The notes beneath the pieces are model-generated. The model was not told the origin of the DNA. It ran no database searches and was given only the letters and a program-made list of their open reading frames with translations. The position numbers and the translations under genes are program-made. A stretch of DNA of 63,497 bases, filler included, from Choristocarpus tenellus KU-1152 (taxonomy: Eukaryota > Protista > Phaeophyceae): the NCBI GenBank assembly GCA_964200185.2. It is 12 parts of 12 records of this genome, joined end to end, with 100 filler letters (N's around TTAATTAATTAA, not from the genome) between each part and the next. Parts side by side here need not be neighbours in the genome. Positions count along the whole stretch, not along the records: positions 35,035 to 38,782 come from CAXNAD020018171.1; positions 38,883 to 43,276 come from CAXNAD020014761.1; positions 43,377 to 46,408 come from CAXNAD020022805.1; positions 46,509 to 51,870 come from CAXNAD020011035.1; 8 more parts are not named here. The stretch is one strand, 5' to 3'. Of the stretch, positions 37,501 through 51,402 are shown piece after piece (within the stretch, counting starts at the first letter, position 1; each line of letters begins with the position of its first letter).

Positions 37501-40500
37501 CAGTGAAACTAGTATGACAACATATCATTTATTGATGACATGATATCAACTCTCTCTTCAATCTACCTGTGGACAGTGGTTAGTGAACCCGTGCTTCACT
37601 TCCTTCTAACTTGTACCAACGTGTGTACAACCCGCACATACTTCCTCATGGTGCCTGCTCCTACTTCATTTCACATCAAACACTTCTGAGTGCCTCATCG
37701 ACCGTGCACATACTATCACCAATCGTGGTGAATGTCGTTTTTTGTCGTCTTCTGTATATGTGATGTATCTGTAGAGGTTTATAATTCTTACCAGCGATAT
37801 TGTTTAGTGTTGACCACGGATGTGGGGAAATCAGGGGGTAAAGTTATGTGTGGGGGAGGGGGGGATTGGGGGGATGGCGTGCTTCTGTGCAAATGACATT
37901 TTTTCGGAGTATATCGCTTGTGGTTTCCGATCACGGTTCCTGTTTGTTTTTTTCTAGATCTATGTGGAAGAGGAAGAGGAATGCAAGAGTCGGTCTCCTT
38001 TTGCTCAGCGCTGTCTGTTAGTACTGCAATAATAGTGGGTGAAGAAGGAGAAACGAGTGAATGTGGTTTTATATTTTATTTCTGTTAATTATGGCTACTT
38101 TTTTAATGCTTTTTATTTTTTTTTAATTGCTTGTTGCTGGTTGAGTGAGTGCTTCGAATGGGAATGCTCTTACGCGTTTTATATACTTTTGTTTGCTGCT
38201 AATTAATTTACTGATCGTGATAGTGAGTTGACTGTTTTTTGTTTATGAAATATATTGGGGAAGTATTTATATTCTCAGTTCAATAGCAAAGGGAGAAGAG
38301 TTTTTGTTATGATTGTTTCGGTGGGAAGGGGGGGGTGTTATTAATTATGCTCTCTCTCTCTCTCTGCAATGAATGCATTGGTCACTTCCTTTTCAATCTT
38401 TTTTATTGTTATACATCTATTGTAAAATCAGGTTGAACTATTATTTTCTGCATCTTTGTCACTGAGACACACTCAGAGCGCACACATACATTACTATATT
38501 ATATTATCTATTTTATTATTACTGCAATGGTACATTGCAAACTTTTGTTGGATTCTGAATGGAAAATATATATATTGTGACTTCAAGTATCATATTATTA
38601 TTTTTCTGGAATTTTGAATCACGTGCCTGCTACTGTAATGATGGTGGTGACAGGGTAATATGAGAATAACATCAATACGATCAATCAAGGCGAAGTCCAT
38701 CAGTACACCTGTTCTATTCAAGTCTCTTGACAACCAGGTTCATTCCGTCATCCTTTCCCCCCCCACCCACCCACTCACCCACNNNNNNNNNNNNNNNNNN
38801 NNNNNNNNNNNNNNNNNNNNNNNNNNTTAATTAATTAANNNNNNNNNNNNNNNNNNNNNNNNNNNNNNNNNNNNNNNNNNNNCCCCCCAAGATACTTTGA
38901 CCCAGGTATTAGTGTACACTCCTAATGGGTTCAAAAGCATACCCTTCTCATTCATAGTGATATCAAGAACACCCCCAAAGACTCCGCACACATTAGTTCT
39001 GTTTGCTTAATATAACTCTTCTCATGGCAATACGCACTTTGTTTAGAGACCCACTTAACCCAAATATCACTTCTACGGTGTTGCTGTTCTTCTATTTGTT
39101 TAAACATTTTTCATTGCACGGTAAAAGTCAATCTACGGCACCCCTCAATGCTGACGGGTGGCTTAATTACACAACCACACCCGTCTCACAATGTGAACAC
39201 AATATATCACATGTGTCCTTACACGTCTCCTTTCTTAAAATTGTAGCAGGGGCACACGCTGGTTCCCAACCGTGAAAATGTTTTCATGGGTCCTTCCTTG
39301 AGTACCTTGCTCATCGTACATAGGAAGCAAACCATTGGTATCTATCGAAACAATTAATCTGAAAGGTTTGGTAACAGTAGTGTATCCGTAGTGCCGTATA
39401 ATACCTCAGCACTAAGGTATGAATACTCAGCATTTTTTGTGGAAACGTAATTGACACGCCTTTTACATTTTTGGTTGCATTCGGTGCACAACTCAACACC
39501 ACAGACTGAATTAATTGGTCATACACGTATGCACTTCTACTCGGCAGAGGACTTAGGGGGATGGAGTAAGGTAGCGTCGTTGCATGTGTGACGCACTGCT
39601 GTCTGTGGTAAATCTCTGCTGCGTTGTGGCAACCTGCTGAGTTTGGAAGATAGGTTTTCATCTTGGGTCACCACTCCATTACACATGCCTATGTTCAAGA
39701 ATATTACTATGAACCTTGTCTTGGTTATGGAGTGAGTGTCAAGTTTGAAAGTTTACATCATCGAAGAAAGCAACAGTAACAAATTTTGTCTAAAATGCAG
39801 TTCCTGTTGCTCCTTCAGCCGAGGGAAAACTACCTCTCCTATCCCTGGCGTTGCAATTGTGATGACAACAAGTGGCCTCATCAAAAAACCACTTGGTTCA
39901 GAAGCTTGTCCTCTCCCCTGCGGCGCCAACATAACCCCCTCTTATTCAAAGAGTAAACACAACATCATCAACGACGCCCCCTCGCCCTCGCCCCTCATTC
40001 CCACTCCTTTGGTAGTGCCACTTCCCCACCTTCTTCTGCAGCCCTGAAGCTAGCCCTTGTAGTGGATGAACTACCCTTCCCAACCATGTGCGTACCCTCT
40101 CCTGTCCAGACCTCTCGTTCATGGAAGATGTGAAGGGGTTCTCAGTGTATGTGCATTCATACCGCCCCTTAGCTTCAGAGGTGTCTGTGGCGTTTCGCTG
40201 CCCTCCGATCCCAGGAGGTGTCTCCATCTGGTCTTCATTCTGTAGGCAGCAAATTTAGGAGTGCGAAACCGAGACGAGGAAAAGGGATGGGAGAAAGAGC
40301 ATTGGCCTGATGGTTGCAAGAGAAGACCCTTCAATGCGTGAAGAAATAGCATGCAAGACAACATCGACATGTAGGAGGAAGCATTCCCTCTGATCCCTCC
40401 AGGAAAACGAGAAAGCAAGTGAAGGAAGGAAGCTTCTTCATGGGGTCTAGGTCACGATGTTTATACTTGTTGGTTAAGCCTGGTCCAAGTAGCACTACTA

Positions 40501-40639
40501 GTCTATCATATCACCCCTAAGAAGTGTTATTAGTTAGAGGAATTGGTCAAAACTATAGATTAATGTTTGTGCTTGTCCTTCCTTCATTGTGTAATAATAT
40601 CATAGTAAATTTCCCATATTAAACATTTATCCCGCATGA

Positions 40640-41549
40640 CAGATAGACAGGTGTGTACCTCCACCGGAGTGATCAACCCCCAACTCCCCACGGGCACAGA
40701 AATACATGTTACCTTACAAAGTGATGTTCCTTGCAGCGGTGGCCCGCCCTACGAAGCTCTCCAACGGGGTGTGGTTTGATGGGAAAGTCGAGATCTGGCC
40801 TATTGTGGACACTAAGGTCGATCCAGCAAACACCGCCCCTGAGTCACCAAAGTGCTTGTGCCAGACCCAGTGGACGGGGAGAAGTATCAGGAGTTTACGA
40901 TTGAGGATATCATCCCTGCAATCAAGGCCCGCATGACTGGGGTGGGAAGGACACACCATCTTCGTGCAGCAGGATGGGCAAAGCCATACACAAAGGGGGG
41001 AGATATGGAGGTAATTGAGGAGGCAGTGCGGGATGATTTTGTCATAGGGACCCAGCCAGCCAACTCACCTGACCTCAATGTCAATTTATCTGGGATACTT
41101 TAATTCTGTTCAGCAACTGAAGGAAGACATGGGGGTGATCAACACAGAGGTGCTGGTGGAGACCACAATGGAGGAGTCCAATGTACACCCTCAGAAGACA
41201 CTGGAGTGTGTGTGGCTGAGCCTCGTCACAGTCTACGGTGAAGTGCAGCGGTCCAAGGGTGACAATGTCATGGAAATTCCCCATCTTAGCAAGGAGAAGG
41301 CTGAGAAGGTGGGCAAGCTCCCCAAATGCCCCGTTGGATGCAGTGAAATATCGTGTTGGAGAGTAGTTTTGGAGGGCTTCAGTGGCGGAATCGTAGATAG
41401 TTGTAGGCTACCTCACTCTGCTAGAGATTTTGGTGGCAACCTTATAGTGTCTGCACAAACACCCACAACAATTAAACAAGTGAAAAAAAATCTTGCCTTC
41501 TCATCAGGACTGCAAAATTTATGTTACATTTAATTCTGAACGGAGGAGA
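40640..41549 (+). mobile_element. Decayed Tc1/mariner (plant-type DD39D) transposase with right TIR
   Basis: KVMFLAAVARP...WFDGKVEIWPIV...IIPAIKARM...QQDGAKPY...QPANSPDLNV. Frameshifted. The end sequence ctgaacggaggag resembles the Stowaway/DD39D TIR (CTCCCTCCGT). Confidence 0.85.
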
Positions 41550-41807
41550 TTCATAATAATTTAGATACATCATCAATCCGCAAGGAGAAGACAACTACGA
41601 TCATTCGACATGGACAACAAAATAGACACCTTTTTGTACCTTCTAGAGGATGCACGTACGTGTGGTTCTGCCGTAGGTTCCGTGCACCATACAGCAAGTC
41701 GTGGATAGAGTTCCTTACACGCATCTCCTTTCAAAAGACTTGGACCTTAGATTTTATTTTTTCAGTTTCTGTCAATCAGTAGAGCTCCCGACTGACTGGA
41801 TGCAGGA

Positions 41808-42013
41808 GCGAGCCATCGTCCTTCTGTGGATTTGCTCTTGCCACTATGACTCAAAAGGCAGTGTTCCTTGTCATTGTCATTGTTGTTGTTGTTGTGGGAT
41901 GCGGAGGTGCAAAAGAGAGCCATCCTCCTCCTCCTGTGGATTTGCTCTTACCACTATGACTCAAAATTCGGTGTTCCTTGTCGTTGTTGTTGTGGGATGC
42001 GGAGATGCAAAAG
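41808..42013. repeat. ~110-bp imperfect tandem duplication
   Basis: gagccatc...ctgtggatttgctctt.ccactatgactcaaaa...gttgtgggatgcggag.tgcaaaag occurs twice. Confidence 0.85.
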
Positions 42014-42532
42014 CTCACCTTGTCGACCATCATATTCGCTGGTCAATGAATCCACGACATCTGTTGTGCACCCTCAAACACTCCAATACTTAGTATATGA
42101 ATAATTTTAATACTCCATTCTCACACAGTACTTCGTTGGTGTATTATCAATTGTATGTTCTAAAGTAGATGAAAAGAGGGGGGGGTTGTGATGAGAATCG
42201 ATGCAGTCATACAATATCGATACGATGGTACCAAAATATCGTATAGTAATCGTTTCACTGTACACTCCAGAAGTTCGATATGTGTATCATGAATCGAAAG
42301 TGACTCAAAGATCTAATGACATCATAGATACCAAAAAAGATCTACAAATGAAAGTAGTAGTGAAGTGGGAAGAATTGAAAAAATACAATAGAATGGACAA
42401 GATCCTTCTGCAACTTGGGACAGGAATCGGAGGACCAAATAGTACAAGTCCACCCCTTCTTGAAGGTCTCACAACACAACCTTCACACACCAGACCAAAT
42501 TTATCTACTCCCAAAACTAAATCGCGAAGAAG

Positions 42533-43276
42533 ATGAAGTCTGTTGTTATGGCAGTTGCTTGCGCCACTAGCGCCCAGGCCTTCGTGACCCCCAGGTTCGT
42601 TCCGTTGAGTGTCGGTTTATTGCTTTGTGTAGCAGTTGTTTTATCCCACAACTTTGCCTCGATTGTTTTGCCTAGCCAATTCCTTCCTCGTGCGAGATAG
42701 TCTCTTCTCACCGCATGTGATCTACCGACAAGGAGTGTGTACTCGTTTTGCTCTCGTTGTGGACTGTGGGTTGATTGACCCTAGTCGACCTTTGCGGCGT
42801 GACCGAAGTGGGCCGACCTGAGTTTCTACTAATCTAGATCACGAGCTAACACCGATGACTCGATGGTTCCGTCTGTCCCCTCTCCCCTCCCCGCTTGCAG
42901 TGCCTTCAAGGGCGCTTCCTTGGCCTCCACCACCAAGACCTCCACGGCCATGAAGATGTCGTTCGAGTCTGAGATCGGCGCACAGCCACCTCTGGGCTTC
43001 TTCGACCCGCTTGGGCTGCTGGCCGACGCCGACCAGGAGAGGTTCGAGCGTCTCCGGTACGTAGAGATCAAGCACGGGCGTATCTCTATGCTCGCTGTGG
43101 CGGGTCACCTGGTGGCGCAGAACACCCGGCTGCCCGGTATGCTCTCCAACTCGGCGAATCTGTCCTTCGCAGACATGCCCAACGGTGTGGCCGCCCTCTC
43201 TAAGATTCCCCCCCTGGGGCTTGCCCAGATCGTGGCTTTCATCGGTTTCCTGGAGTTGGCTGTGATGAAGAACGTG
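42533..43276 (+). CDS. LHCF: Fucoxanthin-chlorophyll a/c-binding light-harvesting protein (LHCF); exon 1 42533-42594, exon 2 from 42901, truncated by contig end
   Basis: MKSVVMAVACATSAQAFVTPS is a signal peptide with an ASAFAP-type motif. It continues to MSFESEIGAQPPLGFFDPLG...ERLRYVEIKHGRISMLA...AQIVAFIGFLE. Confidence 0.96.
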
Positions 43277-43376
43277 NNNNNNNNNNNNNNNNNNNNNNNN
43301 NNNNNNNNNNNNNNNNNNNNTTAATTAATTAANNNNNNNNNNNNNNNNNNNNNNNNNNNNNNNNNNNNNNNNNNNN

Positions 43377-43550
43377 GGGGGGGGGGGGGGGGGGGGTCTA
43401 CACCACCAGAGTGTCCATTTGGACCAAAACCAGGAAAAGTGCACTTTCATTATCAATCTAATGTATGCAGCCAAATCACCCAAAAATCGGGACATGAAAA
43501 AATCGGCCCCAAATGGACAGTCGCTACCCCCCCCCCAGATACTTTGAGCC
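43377..43550. mobile_element. MITE family A, near-complete copy at contig start; other partial copies at 7729-7768, 13655-13724, 23231-23262, 38883-38903, 46509-46550, 54663-54770
   Basis: Shared ccaaatggacagycgc...cccccagatactttgagcc/gaccc end, and a ggggtctacaccagggtgtccatttgg start. Confidence 0.8.
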
Positions 43551-44918
43551 TTCGCTAATACCAAATGCGCCCAAAATCGAATACTCAGTCAAGTGATTCA
43601 GCAGTAAGCAAACACATTACTTTAAAGTAGTCCTACTTACATTAATAGTGCTACCAGCTCTACTACTACAACTACTTCATTCCACCACATCACACAATAT
43701 ACTGGGCGTTCTTGCACCTGATTGTGTAGTGTAGTATACCACCCTCTATCGAAGGAATGTGGAGATTCAAACCTGTTTGGTTGAGTTTAGAATTCCTTCC
43801 ATGGAAATATTGTGATTTCAATGGATCATGTGGCAACCACAACATAATGATACACAAAGGAGAAAATAGAAGGAACAGAATCGTGGTGAAAAGACTAGAA
43901 TATTATTATTACTATTGTGGTCAGGCGAGTATTCAAGGGAGGAGATGGAGCGATGAGGAGTGTGATAGCAAAATCCACCGCACAGTAAAAAACTGAGCCA
44001 CACAGGGGGAAGTGCAGCAATGCAACAGTCCATAGTAGTTGACAAATAGTACTCTACAGTGTTGAGTGCCCTTGACAACAGGTTGGGGTAGTTCGGGTTG
44101 AGATATCACTGATGACTAACATGGTGTAGTGTAGCATAGTGCGGGGAATTGTAATGAGCAGTGTTGTTTGTTGTTATACTATCCCACTGATGAAATCAGA
44201 TGACACTTCAAAAGCTGTGGAATGAATGGAGGGTTTAAGAAAATCACGGCAACAAAGAGCAAGAGGAAACAAGAAAAAAAAAAACATATACACATACACA
44301 TGCTAGTAAAAATGGGGAAAATAAACTACTTGCAATCAACAACAAAAACAATAATCCGGAGTAAATATTAACATCTACAAGTCATCGACTAAAAATAACT
44401 TGGGTAGAAACCCTCATATTCCTTCAAATAGTGCACATACCTCTGGACAAGGTAAGAAAAATGGCTGTCAGATGTAATCCCTCTTGACGATGACTTGTCA
44501 GGTGTGATTTACAGCTATCATTCACCTTTTAACTCCAATCAACATGAGCAGTGAGAATACCATCATTATAGTTTCGTTGTCCTCATCCTCTTCAATTGAG
44601 AAACTTCCCTGTTTTAAAAATGAATTACTCGTGATTTTAAAACAAGAGTGGTAATGATGATAGATACCAGTCGCCACAAGCAATAAGAAAGACTTGACTT
44701 AGAAAACGGTACATCAATAGGCAACATACATACGAAAATAAGCATACATCACTCCAACCAACTGCAATTCACCTACCACCATTCACATGGTCACTACACC
44801 TATCACATCACGTTCCCAATGTTAGCGAGAGAATGCCCTAAACGATCTATTCAATAATTGCACAAATGAATGCGTGTACACATGAGCATGCACGCATGGC
44901 TTGTACAGCAGACAGCAA

Positions 44919-45120
44919 TCAGCTCCGCCGTCGAGCTCTCCTGCCAGTGCTTGCAGAGCGCGAAGTGGAGCGTGAATGAACTCGCCGCCGCCGCTTGCCT
45001 CCCCCTCTGTCTCTTCCCCTGCTCTCATTGATGCCTCTGTTGTCCCTGTCCCTGTCTCTGCTTCTGTCTCTGTCTCTGTCTCTGTCTCTGTCTCTGTCTC
45101 TGTCTCTGCTGCTCCCGACC
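44919..45120 (-). CDS. Terminal exon of an RD/RS-rich protein (splicing-factor-like tail)
   Basis: Acceptor aatacag, then SSRDRDRDRDRDRDRSRDRDRD...RSTSRSASTGRRARRRS* ; partly encoded by a (GAGACA)n repeat. Confidence 0.55.
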
Positions 45121-46902
45121 CTGTATTCCAAGAATATGTATAGAAAAATTAAATCAACAAGGTGAAGGCAGTAAGGGGTTTGACGTCACGATGTTGCACA
45201 TGAGGATGAAAGTCATTCCACTTCCTGGCACAGGGGAGGGGGAGGGGGCAAAGGAGTTGTCGAAGCCGTGAATAGAAGCAGTTGTGATTATGAACAAGGG
45301 AGGAGTCAAGCAAAGCAGTCTAGCAAGGGGAATGGAGGGATGGAAGATGGGGTTAATCTTATTGCACGTGGCACTTGGCATTTACATAACAAAAGTGGCA
45401 AAGTCACTATTCACAATCAAGGCCACAATAATTGATGAACAACAGTAGTAAGAGTACCATCCAGCATAGTACATGGAGGAAACACAGTCAGCATACAGAT
45501 ACCGAGAGGACAGTAGCTATCCCTAATTTACTCTAGGGAAAAAAAACAAAAAACAAAAAACAACGATGACTGTCATGCATCGCAACTTTTGGAATGCCAA
45601 CGCATTGAATGATTGGTAAACTAAATGATGAAAACCACAAGCCCATTACAATCTCGGAAACAAACAAGTCACTGTAAAGGCCAAGACAAAGTCTCGATCC
45701 CACTGAAAAAGGCTGCAGTGCCACAAGGTCAAGGGCACTCAAGTGATTGTAAGAGCTGGCAAAGCAGAGCTACATAATGCATACACATGCTACACAATGC
45801 TTCAAGCACCCTTCTGCAGCACTACACTTTACTTGTCCTTTGGAATATCTAAAGAACCACAATAAAAAACAGTAGGTTTCCTACTAGTAATACAAGCTTC
45901 CAAGTGTCCAACAGTTGCAGGTTGGGTATCAGGGGTCAGGTGGGGTGGTGGTTCCATCTCCACAGGTGCTTCCACATCTTACTTCCTAAAGTCAGTACCT
46001 TATACTCCACTAATCATTCTATTCCTGGACCATTTTAGCAACAGTGCTGACATGAACTGACAAAACATGACACCATCATATATGAATCCCCCCAACTCTC
46101 TTCATCGAAAATATACAGGGAGAGCATCACAGTAACAAAGCCATATCTAAACCCCCAAAACGTAATAGACAATACTTATACACTCATATTTCTTGAAGTT
46201 ATTTTCAACCCTTGCTACCTTTCCTCCCTCCCATCTCCCCACCCTCCCGTCTCAAGGAGGGACTCGAAGATGAAAGGAGACTGGGGAGGGAGGGATTGGG
46301 GGGGAGGGTTTTATAGGGGGAGGGGGGGGGGAGGGGAGAGTTTTTTTTTTTTTGGGGGGGGGAGGGGGGGGGGCAGACAAGGGTGAGGACGACAAGAGGA
46401 AGAGGGAGNNNNNNNNNNNNNNNNNNNNNNNNNNNNNNNNNNNNNNNNNNNNTTAATTAATTAANNNNNNNNNNNNNNNNNNNNNNNNNNNNNNNNNNNN
46501 NNNNNNNNCCCAAATGGACAGCCGCTACCCCCTCCCAGATATTTTGAGCCAGTCAAAGGCCATCAAATATTGACAGTTACCAACAAACTCTCAACGCATT
46601 TCAGGTACACCTCATTACCCAATGAAAGGAACAAAAATACACTCTACAAAAACTTATTCAACAAGAGTGTATCTCACCCACCAAATGGTGACTCAACAAT
46701 AATGAAATTTACCAGACCCAGTGCTTGTCACATGTATCACGTAGCAACGAGATGGCTGCCGTAACAGACGGATGAGGACGACTCACATTTTCCCATGGAC
46801 TAGCAAAAGCCTACCAACCTGCCTCAAAGCACTACTGTACATGTTTTGGGGTTAGGGTTAGGGTTTTTGTCTTTCTTGCTCCACATAGACACAGGCTCTC
46901 AC

Positions 46903-47954
46903 CGCCTCAACAAGGATATCCAAGCTCTCCAACGGGGATGATCCGCCATCCTTATCCCCTGCACTCTTGTAGCGATCATCCACATAGGAACCTATGAGGA
47001 CACCCTAATGCAACAAGGAGGAAAGATAAGCCAGTGACAGGTGGGTGAGCGAACAAGTATCAAATAATGCACAAGTCTGTGTGTACAAATAATATATGTA
47101 CCGCATCCATGCACATGATCCAGCACAATGAACAAGCACTGGTTTGTCTCGCTGGTGAGGGCAATACTGTGGTTGTATTACACACACATAAGCCATAATC
47201 CCCTTCACTTATACTTCAACCTTTCAATCAAGAGACTTTATGGTCTGGTATTCTTGCTTCAATAATAAGTACTCTGCCTTAACCCTAAACCTTGGACATA
47301 CAGTTTGAATACTTAGAGAAGGCACTTCAGTTAGCTGTCATCCAAAACAGAGATGAAATCAATCGTTGTTATTGACAAAAAGACAATACAGTGCGATTGA
47401 TACGAAGCACAATGGTAGGTTGGTACTAAAAGAGGAAATGATCATGAGCATATTTTAGACACACAATATAACTACAACAGTCAAAACTGTCCAACAGACC
47501 TGAGTTCGTAAAGACTGGGCATTCTGGTTGGAAACAAGGTGGGAGGGTTTGGGTGCAACTTGACAGGAACTTGTCCTATTTCAGTGATTGGAACAGCAAG
47601 AATAAGAACTGATGCTTCATGCAATGCCTAAAAACCACAGTGCTGTTGCAGATGTGTGCTTAACAGGACACATAAACAGGAAAAAGAGCAAAGGTGGTGG
47701 AAACCCATGGTACCGCCTGTTCAACAACTAATGAACTCCAAACAGAATGTTCTAAAACCCTTCTACCTCCAACGAAAATAAAAGCATTCCCAGTATGTCA
47801 CCTGAGCCACAGCTCGAGCAGCATCTTCGCCACAGGATTCAGGTAGCACCACACCCATTCGCTTGCACTTGGAGCTCTTTGCCAACGCTGCCAGCTGGGG
47901 AACGTAAGACGGTGTTGAGGGTCAAACTAAATCGAGGTGATCAATTTAGTGCAA

Positions 47955-47996
<42 letters not shown>

Positions 47997-50900
47997 CAGA
48001 TTGTTGGCATGAACATGTCATATCTGTTAACTACAATATACACCAAAAAAAATGAACTATGCTCTAGCTATACGTAGCAGACAATGAAAGTTGAGGGGAG
48101 CACAAAGGGAGGAATCCCAAAAAAGTGAGAGAGAAATGACTAACAGTTCATAGTAAGCACTACTGTGCTATACCTATGGATTGTTCATTATACCTGAGAA
48201 TACCTCATCAGCTGTAACATACACTAAATTCTATGCGTTGCTCTAGTCAAACCTGGGCACCCACAGCCTCCATGCTTGAGGCATCCACACTCTTTGGTGT
48301 GGCCTTGCCCATGCCAATCACTGCCGCCCTCTTCACGCTCCCCTTTGACCCCAGAGCCACCACGACCGACGCCTTTTCCGTGCCCTGCAACCCCACCAGA
48401 AGATGAAAGGGGAGGGAGGGGTGGAACGTTGCGGTGGAGTACAAAGTCGGAGTGGTAGAGTTGACAGTCAAAAAGGTGTTGTGTGTGTAAGTGTGTTGTG
48501 CATTACTTAAGGGTCTGCCAGAGTACAAAAAATGATGAGGCGTAACATCTTCAAACAACTAAAATATCCAGAAACCTACTCTGATATTCATCACATTACA
48601 AATACTCTAAACCCTGAGCCACCTGCTGCACAAAACAACACAACACACCCATTTGCTTCTTCCACAACAATAACTACCAAGCACCTCATCTCACTTTCTG
48701 CTACATTATTGGCCATATCCAAAACAACTATACATCACCAAGTAAGAAATACACCCATCCAGGCCTCTCACCAAATGAGAAGTACATGCAGGCAGTGCAA
48801 TCAAACATCAACATGACTGAACTCCTATCAACCACACCACAGTCTGCACATACCGAACCTTGCATTTCACTCCTCTCAATAATTCAATATCCACACCACA
48901 CATCTCCAAACCTCCTCCACGTAATTTTACAGTTCTATAATACACATTATTGTCATCACAACTGGATTTCCAACACACACATATGCAGACAAGGGGCTCG
49001 AGACACCTAAAGTTACCTTCTTTTCAAAAACAGCACCTTAAGTTAACCTCCAAACCCAACCCAATAAAAAAACACATACCAAAAGCATGAATTGCACATA
49101 CAGAGGGTTTTGAACAACCTCATATTAGCCATACTTTTCTCAAGCACTTGGGCAACATTTGGAAAGAACCACCAATGGGGACAGGATGTAACAAAAGGTG
49201 GTTTCCCATACACAGTATTTACTTCCTCCTTATGTTGACGATTATCCACAATCTCCACATCACTGTCCTTTCACCTTGAAAGTCTCCATATCTATTAGAT
49301 CCTGTGCCGCACCCCCCAGCTTGTCATCAGCCTCTTTAGCAGCCCTGGTCAGAGCTGCCAGTGCCTCGCTGTCTTCCTTCAAAAATATGGTAGCAATGCC
49401 AACAACAGGAAACAAATATTTTTGGGGGGGGGAAGGGGAAGAGGGTGAGTAAATATATAATGAAGATTGTGATCTAGATGGACCATCAAGTCTAGTGCTT
49501 ATTCCTTCAATGTGTCCATTATCACACAGAGTATATACCCTATTCAAGGTGACTATGATATTACTTATGTGTGCCCAACATCAAAGCTTCAGAGGTGTGG
49601 ACTGCATGCTAGGTAGAGGAGGATGGTCATACAAAAGGAAGCAAGGAGGTGGTTGACTCAAAATAAGTTTACCGTGTGGATGAGCAAGGCAAACAATTGG
49701 AGGAGCATTTTCAACAGGATGTAGATAAGGCGGGCACAAAACACAAATGTATGGAAGAGTCATGCCAAAATCAGAACCCATTCCCTTGAAAAAATGCATA
49801 ATATAGACTGTTCCTTGGGTGTAAATTGTTTGTCATTTGGCATACAACATACAATTTTACTCTTGATGGCATGGCACAAACAGCTATCTGTGAGTAGGAG
49901 AAGAGTAGTCAGCCAAACTGCTTAAGGATTCCAAGGGATTAGATAAGAGACCTAAAGTGGAAGAGAGTCCAGAGGGCTCAAAGAAACACAAAACAATTGA
50001 CATCAAAAAGAGGTTGCCATGATGTTGGTAGGGGCAAATGTTCTCGTCACTACACACGGGGTGTCACCTGAAGATGACCAAATTTTCTTAAAACATAATA
50101 TTTACTGGAATGTGAGGGTGCAACAACTATAGAGGGTCCCCTGACCAGACATGTGGCAACAGGGATCAGGTTAGGTGCTTCCATCAATTTTAACATACAC
50201 CAGAAGCACATGGACTGACACAAGCCACTTGGTTAAATGTTCCACCATGATCTGTTCTGTACATAAATGGAGGCAATGTGCATGTCTTCCCAAGAAGAAG
50301 TCAAGATCAACTACCATCATACTGGATATCATTCAATCACAAACACACCAACCATGCATTATACTTTTTGACAGAGCTGCATCACTGAGAATAATTTGAT
50401 AGGAAAATTCTACAATAAATATTTATGTGAGAGTTACGATTAGTCATTTTCAAGCATGGTAAAACCTACACTGGAATTGTGATGCTCAGAGAGATATTGT
50501 AATCGCAACAAATCACACAAATTAAGTTGCCAGTCGAGAGATGATAAGAACATGACAAAGCCAAAAGGACAAGAAGGATCAATACAAGAATATTTCCAGC
50601 GACATTGAGAGACCAAAGAGAAATAGTGAAGTAGGGCGCATGTACAGGGCAGCAGCATCATCCTTCAACACCTGTTTGAAGTGGAACCGGTATTTGGCCC
50701 ACCGCCGTCGCATCAATGGGTAAGGCATTGAGTTTGAAGCAATTACGTGGATATAGGAATGCTGGGGCGCTAAGATTTTGCACAAGATGGACGAAAAAAC
50801 GTCCTGCCTTCACTGCGTAAATCTCCTAACGCTGATCACCTGTTGGAAAGCTGGCAGGACCAGCAGGTCTCCCTTCCAACCCCCGACTTCGCCAGAAACT

Positions 50901-51402
50901 ACTGTAATCTTGACCTCACGACCGGATGTGCCCTTGAGCTCGCCCACCGACAGCGCTGGGACTGGTGTCGCGCTTGATTTGAAGTCAGAGAGTCGCAGGG
51001 TTTAGGTTCGTGTTGATTTGTGCAGGGGAAGAAGGTGCTGTGGCGTCGATTACATTACCCAAGAGTAATTGAGCGGAAGCTGGATAGAAGTAAAGATTGA
51101 TAGGGTGGGAAAGGGGCTACCAGCGATTTCCTCGACTTTAGTGTGAAGCAAGGAAGTATAGTTGAACTGAGTGGAACGGACAGCATAAGGAATGCACACA
51201 CCTTACCATGGTAGCAATCTCTTTCCGATATAGTGATTCTGACTGAGGAGGGTATAAAAACGTCGCCCTGTCCTGCACTCCATTCCTCTGGCGGTTTGAA
51301 AATGCTGCGGAGGAATGGAAGCCAACGATGCCTAGGACATGGGGCACGAGGAAGGCGGGTGATCGCCTAGCTGATGCACTCTTGCCGGCGACAGCATTGA
51401 CC
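46903..51402 (-). CDS. Leucyl aminopeptidase (M17), N-terminal half, probably organelle-targeted; exons ~51402-51207, ~50972-50840, 49379-49276, 48384-48253, 47894-47802, 47003-46903
   Basis: VKITVVSGEVGGWKGDLLVLPAFQQ|...ADDKLGGAAQDLIDMETFK|G...KRAAVIGMGK...|LAALAKSSKCKRMGVVLP...AVAQ|GVLIGSYVDDRYKS is the M17 N-terminal domain (WKGDLL and FKG...GLG...GxYxDxRYKS motifs). Boundaries of the first two exons are approximate. Confidence 0.85.
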
